A stretch of DNA of 64,000 nucleotides from Octopus sinensis (Eukaryota): the NCBI RefSeq assembly GCF_006345805.1, contig NC_042997.1:99076001-99140000 (forward strand), in the 5' to 3' direction. How positions within the stretch are numbered: the stretch's first letter is position 1; each line of letters starts with the position of its first letter. A model generated the notes under the pieces. The model made no database searches, had not been told where the DNA came from, and saw only the letters and a program-made list of their open reading frames with translations. Below, piece by piece: positions 52,376 through 64,000 of the stretch. Position numbers and translations under genes: made by a program.

Positions 52376-53904
52376 TTTCATTAAAATGTAAGATAATTCT
52401 AATCCGAAATTTTGCTATTCTTCTTGCCCATTTCTTCGCCTTCGACCTAGGATTATAAATTAGAGAACTGATTCGGAGTGGATTGTAAGTGTTTCACATC
52501 TACTTATTAGCGTATTGGCGCTGGCATTCCAGAGCCCTTATTTATAATCAAATCTTGCAGATTAATACGGAAGACGGAGTGTAATTATAAACATTTATTA
52601 ACACAACAATCGTTTCAGCTTCGTTCTACTATGCTTCCTAGTGAGCGATGAACGTTGTAATAACATCAGATGCAACGCAGAGTACAAAAGACCATATATG
52701 TATACATATATACATATACAGATGGATAAATATGATGTCCCATATATATTTGAATATTTATTGCTTTATACGTTGCCTCTATTCGTATGTGCATGTGTAT
52801 ACAGAGAGAGAGAGCGGAGGGATAGGTAAAGAAACATAGAGGAGGAAGAAGGGGCCGACAGACGGATAGAAAGAGAGATGATATGTAGTAATCGAACTAA
52901 GGAAAATGAGCGATAATTACAATGTTTGCAAATGGAGGATTTAGGGGTCAAAGATTCTTTTTTAAACAAGATCTAGAAGAAAAATTCATGTGATTTAGTG
53001 CCAGATTATAAAACATTAAATCCATTTATGTATATAGTTTTTGTGAGAATTTTGCAGCTTTAATATAATGTATGTGTGTGTATGTATATATGTATGTGTA
53101 TATGTATGTACATATGTATGTATACTTATACGTATAAATATATATGCAGATCGATGCACGCAAATACACATGCAAACGGACACACGCAAGAGCGCGCGTG
53201 CACACACACATACAGACAAATAGATAGTGCACTGAAAGAGATACCTCCAGACTAACTAAAAAAAAGAGTTAAAAAGAAACCCGTACGCATAAACGCTACA
53301 GTTAATACCGAATTGATTCGATATAAATTGACAAAAAGGAAAAAAACACTCATAAAAACTGAAGTAAAGATAAAAGAATGTGATATAATCAAATCTAAAA
53401 GAAATAATAACAATAAAGAAATAATGAAGAAGAGTGAAAGAAACTACGATGTGACTGCGGGGAAATAAGATCAGCCCATCTGATTAAAATCTTGTTGAAA
53501 AAAAAGAGAATATAAACAACCAGATGAACTGCAAAGAAAAGTGAATAAATATAGCAAGAAGACCGTAAGCAATTATACTTTCAAATAAGAATTCAGTCTT
53601 TATAATAAGCTGTCACAAGAAATATCAGTTTTATGATTTAAAGTATGTCTGACGATCTGTTTTCATTTGCTGGAAATATTCTTCGGTAATCCTCGAAGAA
53701 AGAAAGAACCAATAAACACTATTTAAGAGTAATTTATTTCTATCATTTGTTACGCAGTGTCGCAGCTGGGCGAGTCGTTACGACTGTTGATCTATCTAAA
53801 GGGTCAAAAGGTTTTATTGACCGCGCTTGAGCACTGCTGTATTTAGCAAAAAGTCAAGATACATCAACTATTTGTATAATTTTTGTCTGTTTGTGTGCCT
53901 GATG

Positions 53905-54230
53905 CAGTGTTTTCCAAAATGGATTCCGCAAAAAAAAAAAGATTTTGGTGTTCCGCGAGATATGTTGTCCATTAAATTTTAATATACTTTCATTTTACAA
54001 ACAAAATGATATTCATCATTTTCCTGTTTCCTTTCTTAGCATCTGGTATTTAACATAATTATGTGATATGATTTATATAGTACATGATGTTTTTTGTTTT
54101 ATAAAGAAACGTTGCTCATTTTAATGTATTAAAATAGTGAGGCAGCGTGTTGAGCTTAAAACATGTGAGTTCCGCAACTTTTAGAAAATCGTATGAGCGT
54201 TACACAAGAAAATAAGTTCAATCGCTACTG
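53905..54230. mobile_element. Degenerate hAT/Charlie-like MITE
   Basis: The ends CAGTGTTTTCCAAAATGG...AAGTTCAATCGCTACTG resemble CAGTGGTTCCCAAAC TIRs. No matching 8-bp TSD. Confidence 0.4.
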
Positions 54231-55877
54231 GTCTAATATATTTCCTGACTTACAGTAAAGTGATGCTTGTTAAAAGCATTTCGTGTATTTCGTGTCCAAT
54301 TTAATATCTTGAAAAAGGATGAATTTTCATAGACTAACTTATAAATTTTGTATGAATATTAAGGAACAATTTTTCGTGTACTTAACCATTGCACTTTCTC
54401 CATCTCAGTTTATGAGACTGATACTCTTGGTGTTCTGTTTAAGCAACAGTAGCACGATAATTTATGGAAAATATTACTGGAAATGGACGCTTAGAAGGTT
54501 TCCAAGATTTTGAACAAAGCAAGAACGGGAGTTTGTGGGTGAGACACATTCTAGGTGATGAGAGCAGATAAGACAATTACGTCAGTAGGCATACATAAAA
54601 AAGGGGTGACCGGTGAGTGACTCGCTGCCAATCAATCGAATGGTCTTCTAGGATAATGTTGCTTGTGTGTATTTTGGCAGCAGTACTCTTAACATGGAAG
54701 CAGTATCCAGTTGGGGCTCCTACTTGAAATTTGTAGAGAGTGAGTACCTGATCAAAAACGAAATATTTCCTGGAAAACTAGATTTGGTATTCAGTTTCCA
54801 TGCAGTTATGATTTTGAGACAACGAATTTTGCGATTCTTACCATTTGTAACGATTTTCCGAGTTAAATAGCGTTAATCTCGAATAGAATGGATGAAGTGC
54901 TATATCCCATGTAAGTTTACCTAGAGATGATGCAATATTAAGGGGATATGTCAACAGGGCTCACTATATATATTTCTCTTTATATATTATGTAGAGACAC
55001 ATTCCACATTATCATTATGATTTTCTCGTGTTAAGACGGAAAACACTGTAACGTATGTTGTAAACTTTATCGAACGATATATTGATTTACATTCTAATTT
55101 TATACATTTCGATTATTAAATTAATAACTTTCGGAAAGGTGTGAACATCACAACACTTATTCATATCGTCCATCTCATAAGTCTGTAAATTTAAGAATAT
55201 TTCCAGTCACAGACGTTCAATAAATTGATTTTATAACAAACTAAGTACATTATGTTCTGTTATCTAGCAATCATGGTATTATGCCTTTTACTATTTTACA
55301 TCTATGTGCCAAACACCACTCCCAAAATCTTAGAGTTTAACCAAATTCTTTCACCTCTTAATTGCTTGTTGGTTTAAATGTTTACGGAGCTCATATGCAC
55401 AGTATACCTGCTAGGATTTTCCTATGGATGCCCTTTATTATTAAAATGTGCTTTATCATTTTATATAAGGTAACTTATTGATGTGTTCTACTTTATCACC
55501 TTCTATATATTCCTCCTCCAATTGGAACAATTATCAGGGACATAAGTTTCTTCATATTTTGATCATATACACAACATTGTTTTCATAAACTGTAACTTTT
55601 GCAGCTTTAGCATCGTCCTCCTGTTTGTGAGGTTCTCTAGTTTGCAATTATGTTCTACATTCTTAAAGGCAGTGGAGCGGCGAAAAACCTTGGCACGATT
55701 CACTTAACATACGTAAGATAATTTAGACTCTGGTTATATACTCGTTGATTTTTGACATTTATCCTATCAGTGTCGATATAATGTCCATCAAGTATGCACT
55801 AACTTCCTGTATGACGTGGCGTTACAGTCAAAATAATTTTAAACATAAAGTTAATAGCATAATTTTTAAATACTCTC

Positions 55878-56228
55878 TTTTATTCTTTTACTATTTTACT
55901 TGTTTCAGTCATTTGACTTCGGCCATGCTGAAGCACCGCCTTTAGTCGAGCAAATCGAACCTAGGACATATTCTTTGTAAGCCTAGTACTTATTCTATCG
56001 GTCTCTTTTGCCGAACTGCTAAGTTACCAGCATCGGTTGTCAAGTGATGTTGGGGAGACGAACACAGATACAAAAAGCACACACACGCACAATATATACA
56101 TATATATGACGTGTTTCTTTTAGCTTCCGTCAACCAAATCCACTCACAAGGCTTTGGTCGGCCCAAGGCTATAGTAGAAGACACGTGGCCAAGGTGCCAC
56201 GCAGTGGGACTGAACCCAAAACCATGAG
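55878..56228 (-). mobile_element. tRNA-derived SINE, family B
   Basis: Contains ttttacttgtttcagtcatttgac...ttgccgaactgctaag...ggctatagtagaagacac...gggactgaaccc. Confidence 0.9.
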
Positions 56229-56533
56229 GTACGATGTTCTGATTTGTATACTTTAGTTTTGGTATTTCACAAAATGTTGCGATATGATTTCTTGGGCTCA
56301 TTATGTTTTCTCAACATCTTCAAGTACTTGATCATCCTCTTCTTTGTTCAGTTTTTTAACTTTCTCATCGTTACATAAATTGTAGGGAGGAACTTGGACG
56401 ACTCTTTTCCTTTGAAATTATTTAATAAAAATGCACTAATTGTTATTATAGTATATTCTCCGGAAAATATCACAATTTATCATTGAAGCGCTTTACCATT
56501 TAAATGTTTCTAAATATATTTGTACAGATAATA

Positions 56534-56745
56534 GGCGTTGAGCTGGCAGAACCGTTAGCACGCCTGACAAAGTGCATAGCAGCATTGCGTCCGTCTTTAT
56601 GTTCTGGGTTCAAATGTCGCCGAAGTTGGCTTTGCCTTTCATCCTTTAGGGGTTGATAAAATAAATTCCAGATGAGCATTGGAGTTGATGTAATCGACTT
56701 AACCCCTCCCTGAAATTGGTAGCCTTGCACCAAAATGTGAAACTA
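56534..56745 (+). mobile_element. SINE family A
   Basis: Contains gagctggcagaaccgttagc...gggttcaaat...ccttgcaccaaaatgtgaaac. Confidence 0.9.
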
Positions 56746-57051
56746 TTATTTTGTACATAAATGCTAACACAACAGTGACCACATCGCTGTTGTCATCGAC
56801 GGTTTCCTAATCACAGACAATAGCAGTAACAAAAGCTGTAGCATCGACATCGTGATCATCGTTACTGCCAACAGAGAGTTCGGTACGACGAATTCATGTA
56901 TTCAGTAATATCACATTACTTTGTTTATCATCCTTCAAGATCGATGAACTAAATACCAGTCAACGACTGAGGCAAATGATACTCTCCACTCATGTGCCAA
57001 GATACACACTTTATTATTATTTGCCAAAATTTGAAATCATCATCATCATCA

Positions 57052-57103
<52 letters not shown>

Positions 57104-57137
57104 CATTATTATTATTATTATCATTACTAAAGAAAGT

Positions 57138-57345
57138 AGAGAGGTGGCAGAATCGTCGGCACGCCGGACGAAATGTTTAGCAGCATTTCTTCTGCCGCTA
57201 CGTTCTGAGTTCAAATTCTGCTGAGGTCGACTTTGCTTTTCGTCCTTTCAAGGTCGATCAATTAAGTACTAGTGAAACACTGGGGTCGCTGGGATCGACT
57301 TATCCCCTTCCACGAACTTGCTAGCCTTGTGAAAAAATTGGAATC
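57138..57345 (+). mobile_element. SINE family A
   Basis: Contains gtggcagaatcg...ctgagttcaaattc...gtcgactttgc. Follows an (ATT)n tract. Confidence 0.9.
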
Positions 57346-57725
57346 TATTATTAATATTATTGAATGTGTCATTATTATTATTGTTGTTGTTATTATCATT
57401 ATTATTCGTAGTAGTAGTAGTAATGCTGCAGTTACTTTTGTCATTATTGCTTTTGTTGTTGCTGCAGAGATAAATTACAATTATGGAAAACATCATATTT
57501 CCTTTAACCGTAATCTCTCAAAACTCAATAATTATTATTTTCATATTGAACTATAGGTGCATGACAGCTTCATTTCTACATTTCCACACTTTTCTTTCTC
57601 ATCTCATACCCACCCATAGACAAACACACGTACATACACACACATATACATACACACACACATGTATATATATATATATATATATATACAGCCATAATAT
57701 AATAAATATGTATATGTACTGTGTG

Positions 57726-57760
<35 letters not shown>

Positions 57761-57918
57761 ATGTATGTGTACTGTATATATATATATATATATATATGCG
57801 TACACATATGCAAGTATGTATGTATAGAGAGATTAGATAGCGAGATAGACATACAAGGACAGAAAGGGGAGAATTACGGATAGATAGATAGATAGATAGA
57901 TAGATAGAAAGAAAGAAA

Positions 57919-57979
<61 letters not shown>

Positions 57980-58486
57980 AGGAAAGAAAGAAAGGGAGAA
58001 ATGAGCAAGTATTTATGCATTAACAGTTCATGCATCACCTTATATTTATGAGTTACTCGTATATATTTTGTCATCTATGATATATTTTATTCAGAAGGGA
58101 AAAGAAAACATTAAGAAACTGTAAAATAATTCGATAAACAACTGCATCAATATACATATGTATAATCACATACATCACTGAAGTTGAAGTTTTAATGTAT
58201 AATATAATTTCTACATCTAGCTAGGTATTTTTTTATTTATTTTCTCTAGTTTTCTATATGATGTATTTTTCTTGTAATTCTTGCAATAGTTATTTCAACT
58301 CGTATAACTCAAGTAAAGTCTCTAACTCTGTAAATAGCTTAGGAAAACGATCGTAAATCGCCACATATGTATTTTTATGTTGATACTTCATTCCATACCT
58401 TCTCTTTTGAGTGTATAAAAACGATAGATTTATAGGTGTATAGTTATATAAAAACAAAATAAGCATATGCATATTTCTTTTATATA

Positions 58487-58538
<52 letters not shown>

Positions 58539-58650
58539 TATATATATATATATATATATATATATCAATCTCTATGCAGTTATATAAAAATAAACATAAT
58601 AGATACATATATATATATGTATGTATGTATATATATATATATATATATTT

Positions 58651-58689
<39 letters not shown>

Positions 58690-58711
<22 letters not shown>

Positions 58712-58904
58712 ACACAATATATTATATTTTTATATGAATACATAGAGTGTGATAGATGTACTTACACATTAGCATGTATGTGCACACAGAAACGCACAGA
58801 AACACACGCATATGCATATATATATCCATATACGTGTGCATATATGTATGTATGTAAATTTAGTTGTTTGTATAGATACATATACATGTATACAAATATG
58901 TATT

Positions 58905-58960
<56 letters not shown>

Positions 58961-58979
58961 ATACTGTATATACATATAT

Positions 58980-59019
<40 letters not shown>

Positions 59020-59617
59020 TCGTTTATAGTAAATATATTCTATTCAGAAAAATCGATCTTGATCCATCGTAAATCTAAATTGTAGTTGCAGTCAAAGTGC
59101 TTGTAGGACAACAACAGCTAATACAAACTTGGTTAGAACTTGCAGTTCCTAAAAAATGACTTATAGCTTCTTAAAAATATTGCTGTATTTGAATGTTAAA
59201 ATATTGTAAAAAGATGTTCAGCAACCAAAACGAAACCATTAACAGAGAAGAAATATACAAGATGCCAGATGCATATTCATATAGTCTTACTTGAGTAGCT
59301 TAGTTGTTAGATGTTGTCGGTGTTTTAAACTTTCTAACTTCCAGTTTTTGAGAATTCCACTTTTGTTTTGTCAGACTATGAAGTTGAATTGCACGGCTTT
59401 TACATCTCATACTGTGGAAGGTAGCCAGCAGAAAGATTCTTGTTCAAATAGAAATATTTGAATATAGAAAGAATTATGTGTGGTAACATTATGTAAGCAT
59501 GCACCTTGATCACTTAAATATTTTTGATAGATCGGGAATAAAAAATAATTATTGAAATATATGTATATATATATACTTTTACAAAGACATACGAACGGAA
59601 GTATATATAATGTATGT

Positions 59618-59649
<32 letters not shown>

Positions 59650-59881
59650 GTGTGTGTGGTGTGTGTGTGTGTGTGTGTATGTATGTATACACAATATATT
59701 ATATTTTTATATGAATACATAGAGTGTGATAGATGTACTTACACATTAGCATGTATGTGCACACAGAAACGCACAGAAACACACGCATATGCATATATAT
59801 ATCCATATACGTGTGCATATATGTATGTATGTAAATTTAGTTGTTTGTATAGATACATATACATGTATACAAATATGTATT

Positions 59882-59943
<62 letters not shown>

Positions 59944-59959
59944 CTGTATATACATATAT

Positions 59960-59992
<33 letters not shown>

Positions 59993-60595
59993 ACATCTCG
60001 TTTATAGTAAATATATTCTATTCAGAAAAATCGATCTTGATCCATCGTAAATCTAAATTGTAGTTGCAGTCAAAGTGCTTGTAGGACAACAACAGCTAAT
60101 ACAAACTTGGTTAGAACTTGCAGTTCCTAAAAAATGACTTATAGCTTCTTAAAAATATTGCTGTATTTGAATGTTAAAATATTGTAAAAAGATGTTCAGC
60201 AACCAAAACGAAACCATTAACAGAGAAGAAATATACAAGATGCCAGATGCATATTCATATAGTCTTACTTGAGTAGCTTAGTTGTTAGATGTTGTCGGTG
60301 TTTTAAACTTTCTAACTTCCAGTTTTTGAGAATTCCACTTTTGTTTTGTCAGACTATGAAGTTGAATTGCACGGCTTTTACATCTCATACTGTGGAAGGT
60401 AGCCAGCAGAAAGATTCTTGTTCAAATAGAAATATTTGAATATAGAAAGAATTATGTGTGGTAACATTATGTAAGCATGCACCTTGATCACTTAAATATT
60501 TTTGATAGATCGGGAATAAAAAATAATTATTGAAATATATGTATATATATATACTTTTACAAAGACATACGAACGGAAGTATATATAATGTATGT

Positions 60596-60627
<32 letters not shown>

Positions 60628-60645
60628 GTGTGTGTGGTGTGTGTG
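58690..60645. repeat. Tandem duplication, unit ~977 bp
   Basis: tacacaatat... at 58711 recurs at 59688, and tacatctcatactg at 59401 recurs at 60379. Units are near-identical and bounded by TG/TA tracts. Confidence 0.95.
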
Positions 60646-60680
60646 TGTGTATGTGTGAGTGTATGTATGTATGTATGATG

Positions 60681-61958
60681 TATAAATTAACAGAATTAGA
60701 TTTAAAAAATCCAAGGTAGTGAATAGATTTCCGAGCATTTATAAAGAGATGGTCTTACAGCTGTTTCCGGGATATTTTATAAATCCGTTTATCAGAGACG
60801 GTGTGAGAAAATGTTTAAGTAATAGTTATTATAGAGAAGATATGAAATACAGAGTGAAGTGGAGCAATGAAAACAGAAGTGAGATACGTAAGGATATTGT
60901 ATTTGCAGTTCCATTATTTAAGCACAATGTTGTATATATAAGTTTCTTGTACCTTGTGTGTGAGTTTCAAAGGTGTTTATAATTGGTGTTTATAATTCCA
61001 AGTATTGAGTCCTGTAAAGGGTGTTATTCGATCGAAGTGTCTTTTTTTTATGAAATGACTTAAATGTTGGGAATGTGTTTGTAAGGTTAAATCAAAAACA
61101 GGAAGAGAAAGAGGAAGAAAGAAAGAAAAAAGGGGAAAAGACAATAAAGAAGTGAAAAAAAGAGGTGAGTTAGCTTCACACGTTCTCTCGCTTCACTTGT
61201 TTATGTCTCTTTTTTGTTTCTTTTTCTTTCTCTTTCTCTTCCTGTTTTTTTATTTGACTTTACAAACACATTCCCAACTTTTAAGTCACTTCATTAAAAA
61301 AAACCCTCGAACGAATAACAACGTTTACAAGACTATGCTTGGAATGACCAATTATAAACACCGAACTCACACACAAGATACAGGAAACTTATATATACAC
61401 TTATATCACGTGATCACGTGACCGACCAGACCATCAGATGTTGCTACACATCGCTGGTCACAATGCGTTTGCATTGTTTTAGCCTTCGAATGACGCCACA
61501 CCGCTGGCTAAGCAAGCAGGCCAACAGCAGAAAGAGTGAGAGAAAGAGTGGTGAAAGAGTACAGCAGGGATCACCACCCCCTGCCGGAGCATCGTGGAGC
61601 TTTTTGGGTGTTTTCGCTCAATAAACACACACAACGCCCGGTCTGGGAATCAAAACCGCGATCCTACGACCGTGAATCCGCTGCCCTAACTACTGGGCCA
61701 TTGCGCCTCCATATACACTTATATATTCTGCTTAAATAATAGAAGTGCAAATACAATATCTTCAAGTATCTCACGTCTGTTTTCATTCCTGTGTATTTCA
61801 TATCTTCTCTATAATAACTATTACCTAAACAGTTTCTTACACTGTCTCTGGTGAAGGGAGGTATAAAATATCCCGGAAACAGCTGTAAGACCTCTTTATA
61901 AATGTTCGGAAAACTATTCACAGCTTTAAAATTTTTATCTCATTCTGTTAATTTTTAT
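60681..61958. mobile_element. ~1-kb foldback element (arms ~490 bp, centre ~61171) with a SINE inserted in the right arm
   Basis: 60681-60930 is a diverged reverse complement of 61711-61958, and 60935-61165 of 61175-61400. The paralogous ORF-track peptides MNRFPSIYK and MNSFPNIYK lie on opposite strands. Confidence 0.9.
61407..61710 (-). mobile_element. tRNA-derived SINE, family F, with 14-bp TSD
   Basis: The minus head reads ggaggcgcaatggcccagtagttaggg...ttgattcccag. TSD ATATACACTTATAT at 61393-61406 and 61711-61724. Confidence 0.92.
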
Positions 61959-62083
61959 ATATATGCATGCTATTACATGACCAACTTTTGACTCCTCATT
62001 TGTATCATTAACTATAGTCTGTCCATAGCACTTACTTAGCATTACCTGACACCTTTGTGTCTTCTTGGCACCAATACCTCTCA

Positions 62084-62202
<119 letters not shown>

Positions 62203-62248
62203 TATATACATGTGTGTATTATGTATGTATGCATTCATGTATATATAA

Positions 62249-62282
<34 letters not shown>

Positions 62283-63671
62283 GCTTAGGATGTTGGCTTC
62301 ACGACCATAACTGTGTATGTTTGATTCCTGTCCTTGAGCAAAAAATTCTTTGATGTTGATTCAGTCTATTAAGCTTGAACTTAGTACCACCCATGATCTA
62401 GTGCGAGCTAGTCCCCTTCCAGTTGACTGAAGCTGGATATTCCGCTGTATTAAGATTAGGAGAGCTGAACTTGTATCTATATCTGCACATGCCCGTATAC
62501 GTATCTAAACCAATGAGTAAAATTATGATACTTGATAGCAAGTTATCTTCGTTCCTGTGTGAAGGCTATACATGCATGCATATGTTTGTCAGTGTGTGTT
62601 AGTTATTATGTCGATCTCTAAGTATGAATTTGTTAGTGGATGAATTCTGACAGATACATGTAATTTAGAGGTCAGACTGAATTACCTATTAATCATTTTT
62701 TAAACTATAGTGCTCTCATTTCTGTACATGTTATCAGTAATATAATATCACTTTCGATATATAAAGTATTAAAACGTAGTTTTAGTTTGTGCATGGATAA
62801 GCTCTGTTTAAATTAACTAGACATTGTAATTCAATTCATGGTATATAATCAAATATATCTTTGCAAATGTGAACATTACTTTCATAACTTTAATCCGTGT
62901 GTTTGCCAGTGAAAGGGTAATTTTGAAACAATATTATCTATATTCAAAGCATTAATGTGAGAATTTTTGTGAGTGGCCATTGTTACAAGTAGCCAACGTG
63001 GGAAGCCATTTTGCTTAACATTGTATAAAGCAGCCATTTATGTCATTTTAGAGTGTTCACTTAAATTCATTATCATGAACATTATGAAAATGTTCAAATC
63101 GTTATTGTTATTGTGCAATGAATATAGCGTTTCTATAACAATTTAATGTATGTTTACTAATGTCGAAATGGCAAGAGAGACGTTAATGAGATAAAAACAA
63201 AACATTATTCAAGGGTCGCGAAAGAGGTTACAGATTTCCATGTAGATTGCTATAAACGGCAGAAATATCCTGAAATTACACATACAATATGAATGATTAG
63301 ATAGACATGACAACTCTGATATCTAAGGAAAAGTTATGGAAAATTGGGTCACTGAAGATTTTCCCAGTAGTATATGATATGTAAATGGAATGAGAATTTT
63401 TGCTCAGAAATATTCAAAATACAATTTCGAGTAAAAACGTATTGTTGTTTACTTAAAGCATTGCAATGTGTGAATAACAAGAATATATTTTTAAAACACT
63501 TTTAGGCAATGTGAGAATTTAGACATAAAATCTAAGGTATTGTAAATAAATAAAAACAAGACAAAAGATTATTAACTTACATAGGTTGTATAATTCCTCT
63601 ATGATGTTGCTTACCACCTCTGGCTGCTGCGGATACTACTTATCTTTATCAAACACAACTAAAACAAAACT

Positions 63672-63900
63672 ACCACTCCGTCAGTTACGACGACGAGGGT
63701 TCCACTTGATCCGATCGATGGAACAGCCTGCTCATGAAATTAATTTGCAAATGACTGCGCACACCTCAGACACTTGTACCCTTAACGTAGTTCTCAAGGA
63801 GATTCAGCGTGACACAGAATGTGATAAGTCTGGCTCTTTGAAATACAGGTACTACTCATTTTTTACCAGCTGAATGGACTGGAGCAATGTGAAATAAAGC
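63672..63900 (-). mobile_element. SINE family D, lacking the tRNA head
   Basis: Homologous to 20475-20700 (gtacccttaa...gagattcagcgtgacac...ggactggagcaa). Confidence 0.85.
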
Positions 63901-63947
63901 ACATTATTTACATTTGATGGATATTTGTTCTCATCATGTTTGTTGTT

Positions 63948-63993
63948 AACACAACGTTTTGGCTGATATACCCTCCAGCCTTCATCAGGTGTC
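63948..63993 (-). ncRNA. Minimal type I hammerhead motif, second family, G12A mutated
   Basis: The minus strand reads GACAC-CTGATGA-A-GGCTG(10 nt)CAGCC-AAAA-CG-T-T-GTGTT. Stem I 5 bp, stem II 5 bp, palindromic ACGT stem III. The element runs off the window end. Confidence 0.6.
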
Positions 63994-64000
63994 TTGGGGA

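Noticed and set aside
54681-54739. Short exon-like segment with Kozak ATG (MEAVSSWGSYLKFVE) and gtgagt donor
   Set aside because: Too short to distinguish from chance, and its phase is incompatible with 49749.
61640-61710. tRNA-like sequences here and at 20730-20790, 30205-30275 and 31790-31863
   Set aside because: These are SINE heads with A/B boxes but no complete acceptor stem, and they continue into SINE bodies.

Overview
Strongly AT-rich, repeat-saturated eukaryotic DNA, intergenic or large-intron in character. The SINE families and the extreme TA/TATG/TAGA/AAT microsatellite load look like Octopus (coleoid cephalopod) genomic DNA; this is inference from family recognition, not a database hit. 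No intact protein-coding gene is visible, and most ORF-track entries are translated microsatellites or antisense frames of transposon relics. Recognisable content: decayed RLE-type (R4/Dong-like) LINEs, two mariner relics, one Tc1 relic, an L1/Tx1 fragment, more than 25 tRNA-derived SINE copies, MITE/HINE-like elements, two near-identical ~1-kb tandem duplications and several long foldback elements. There are a few weak candidate + strand exons. The main unexplained signal is a set of type I hammerhead ribozyme motifs inside small non-coding repeats. Two copies have an intact catalytic core (9580-9630 and 10633-10683, minus strand, tandem, 1053 nt apart). A third copy of the same family (47034-47091) and one of a second family (63948-63993) each carry a single core mutation. 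The carrier element has direct terminal modules in one place and inverted ones in another, which suggests Penelope-derived or retrozyme-like non-autonomous retroelements. No CRISPR array, rRNA or true tRNA gene was found.
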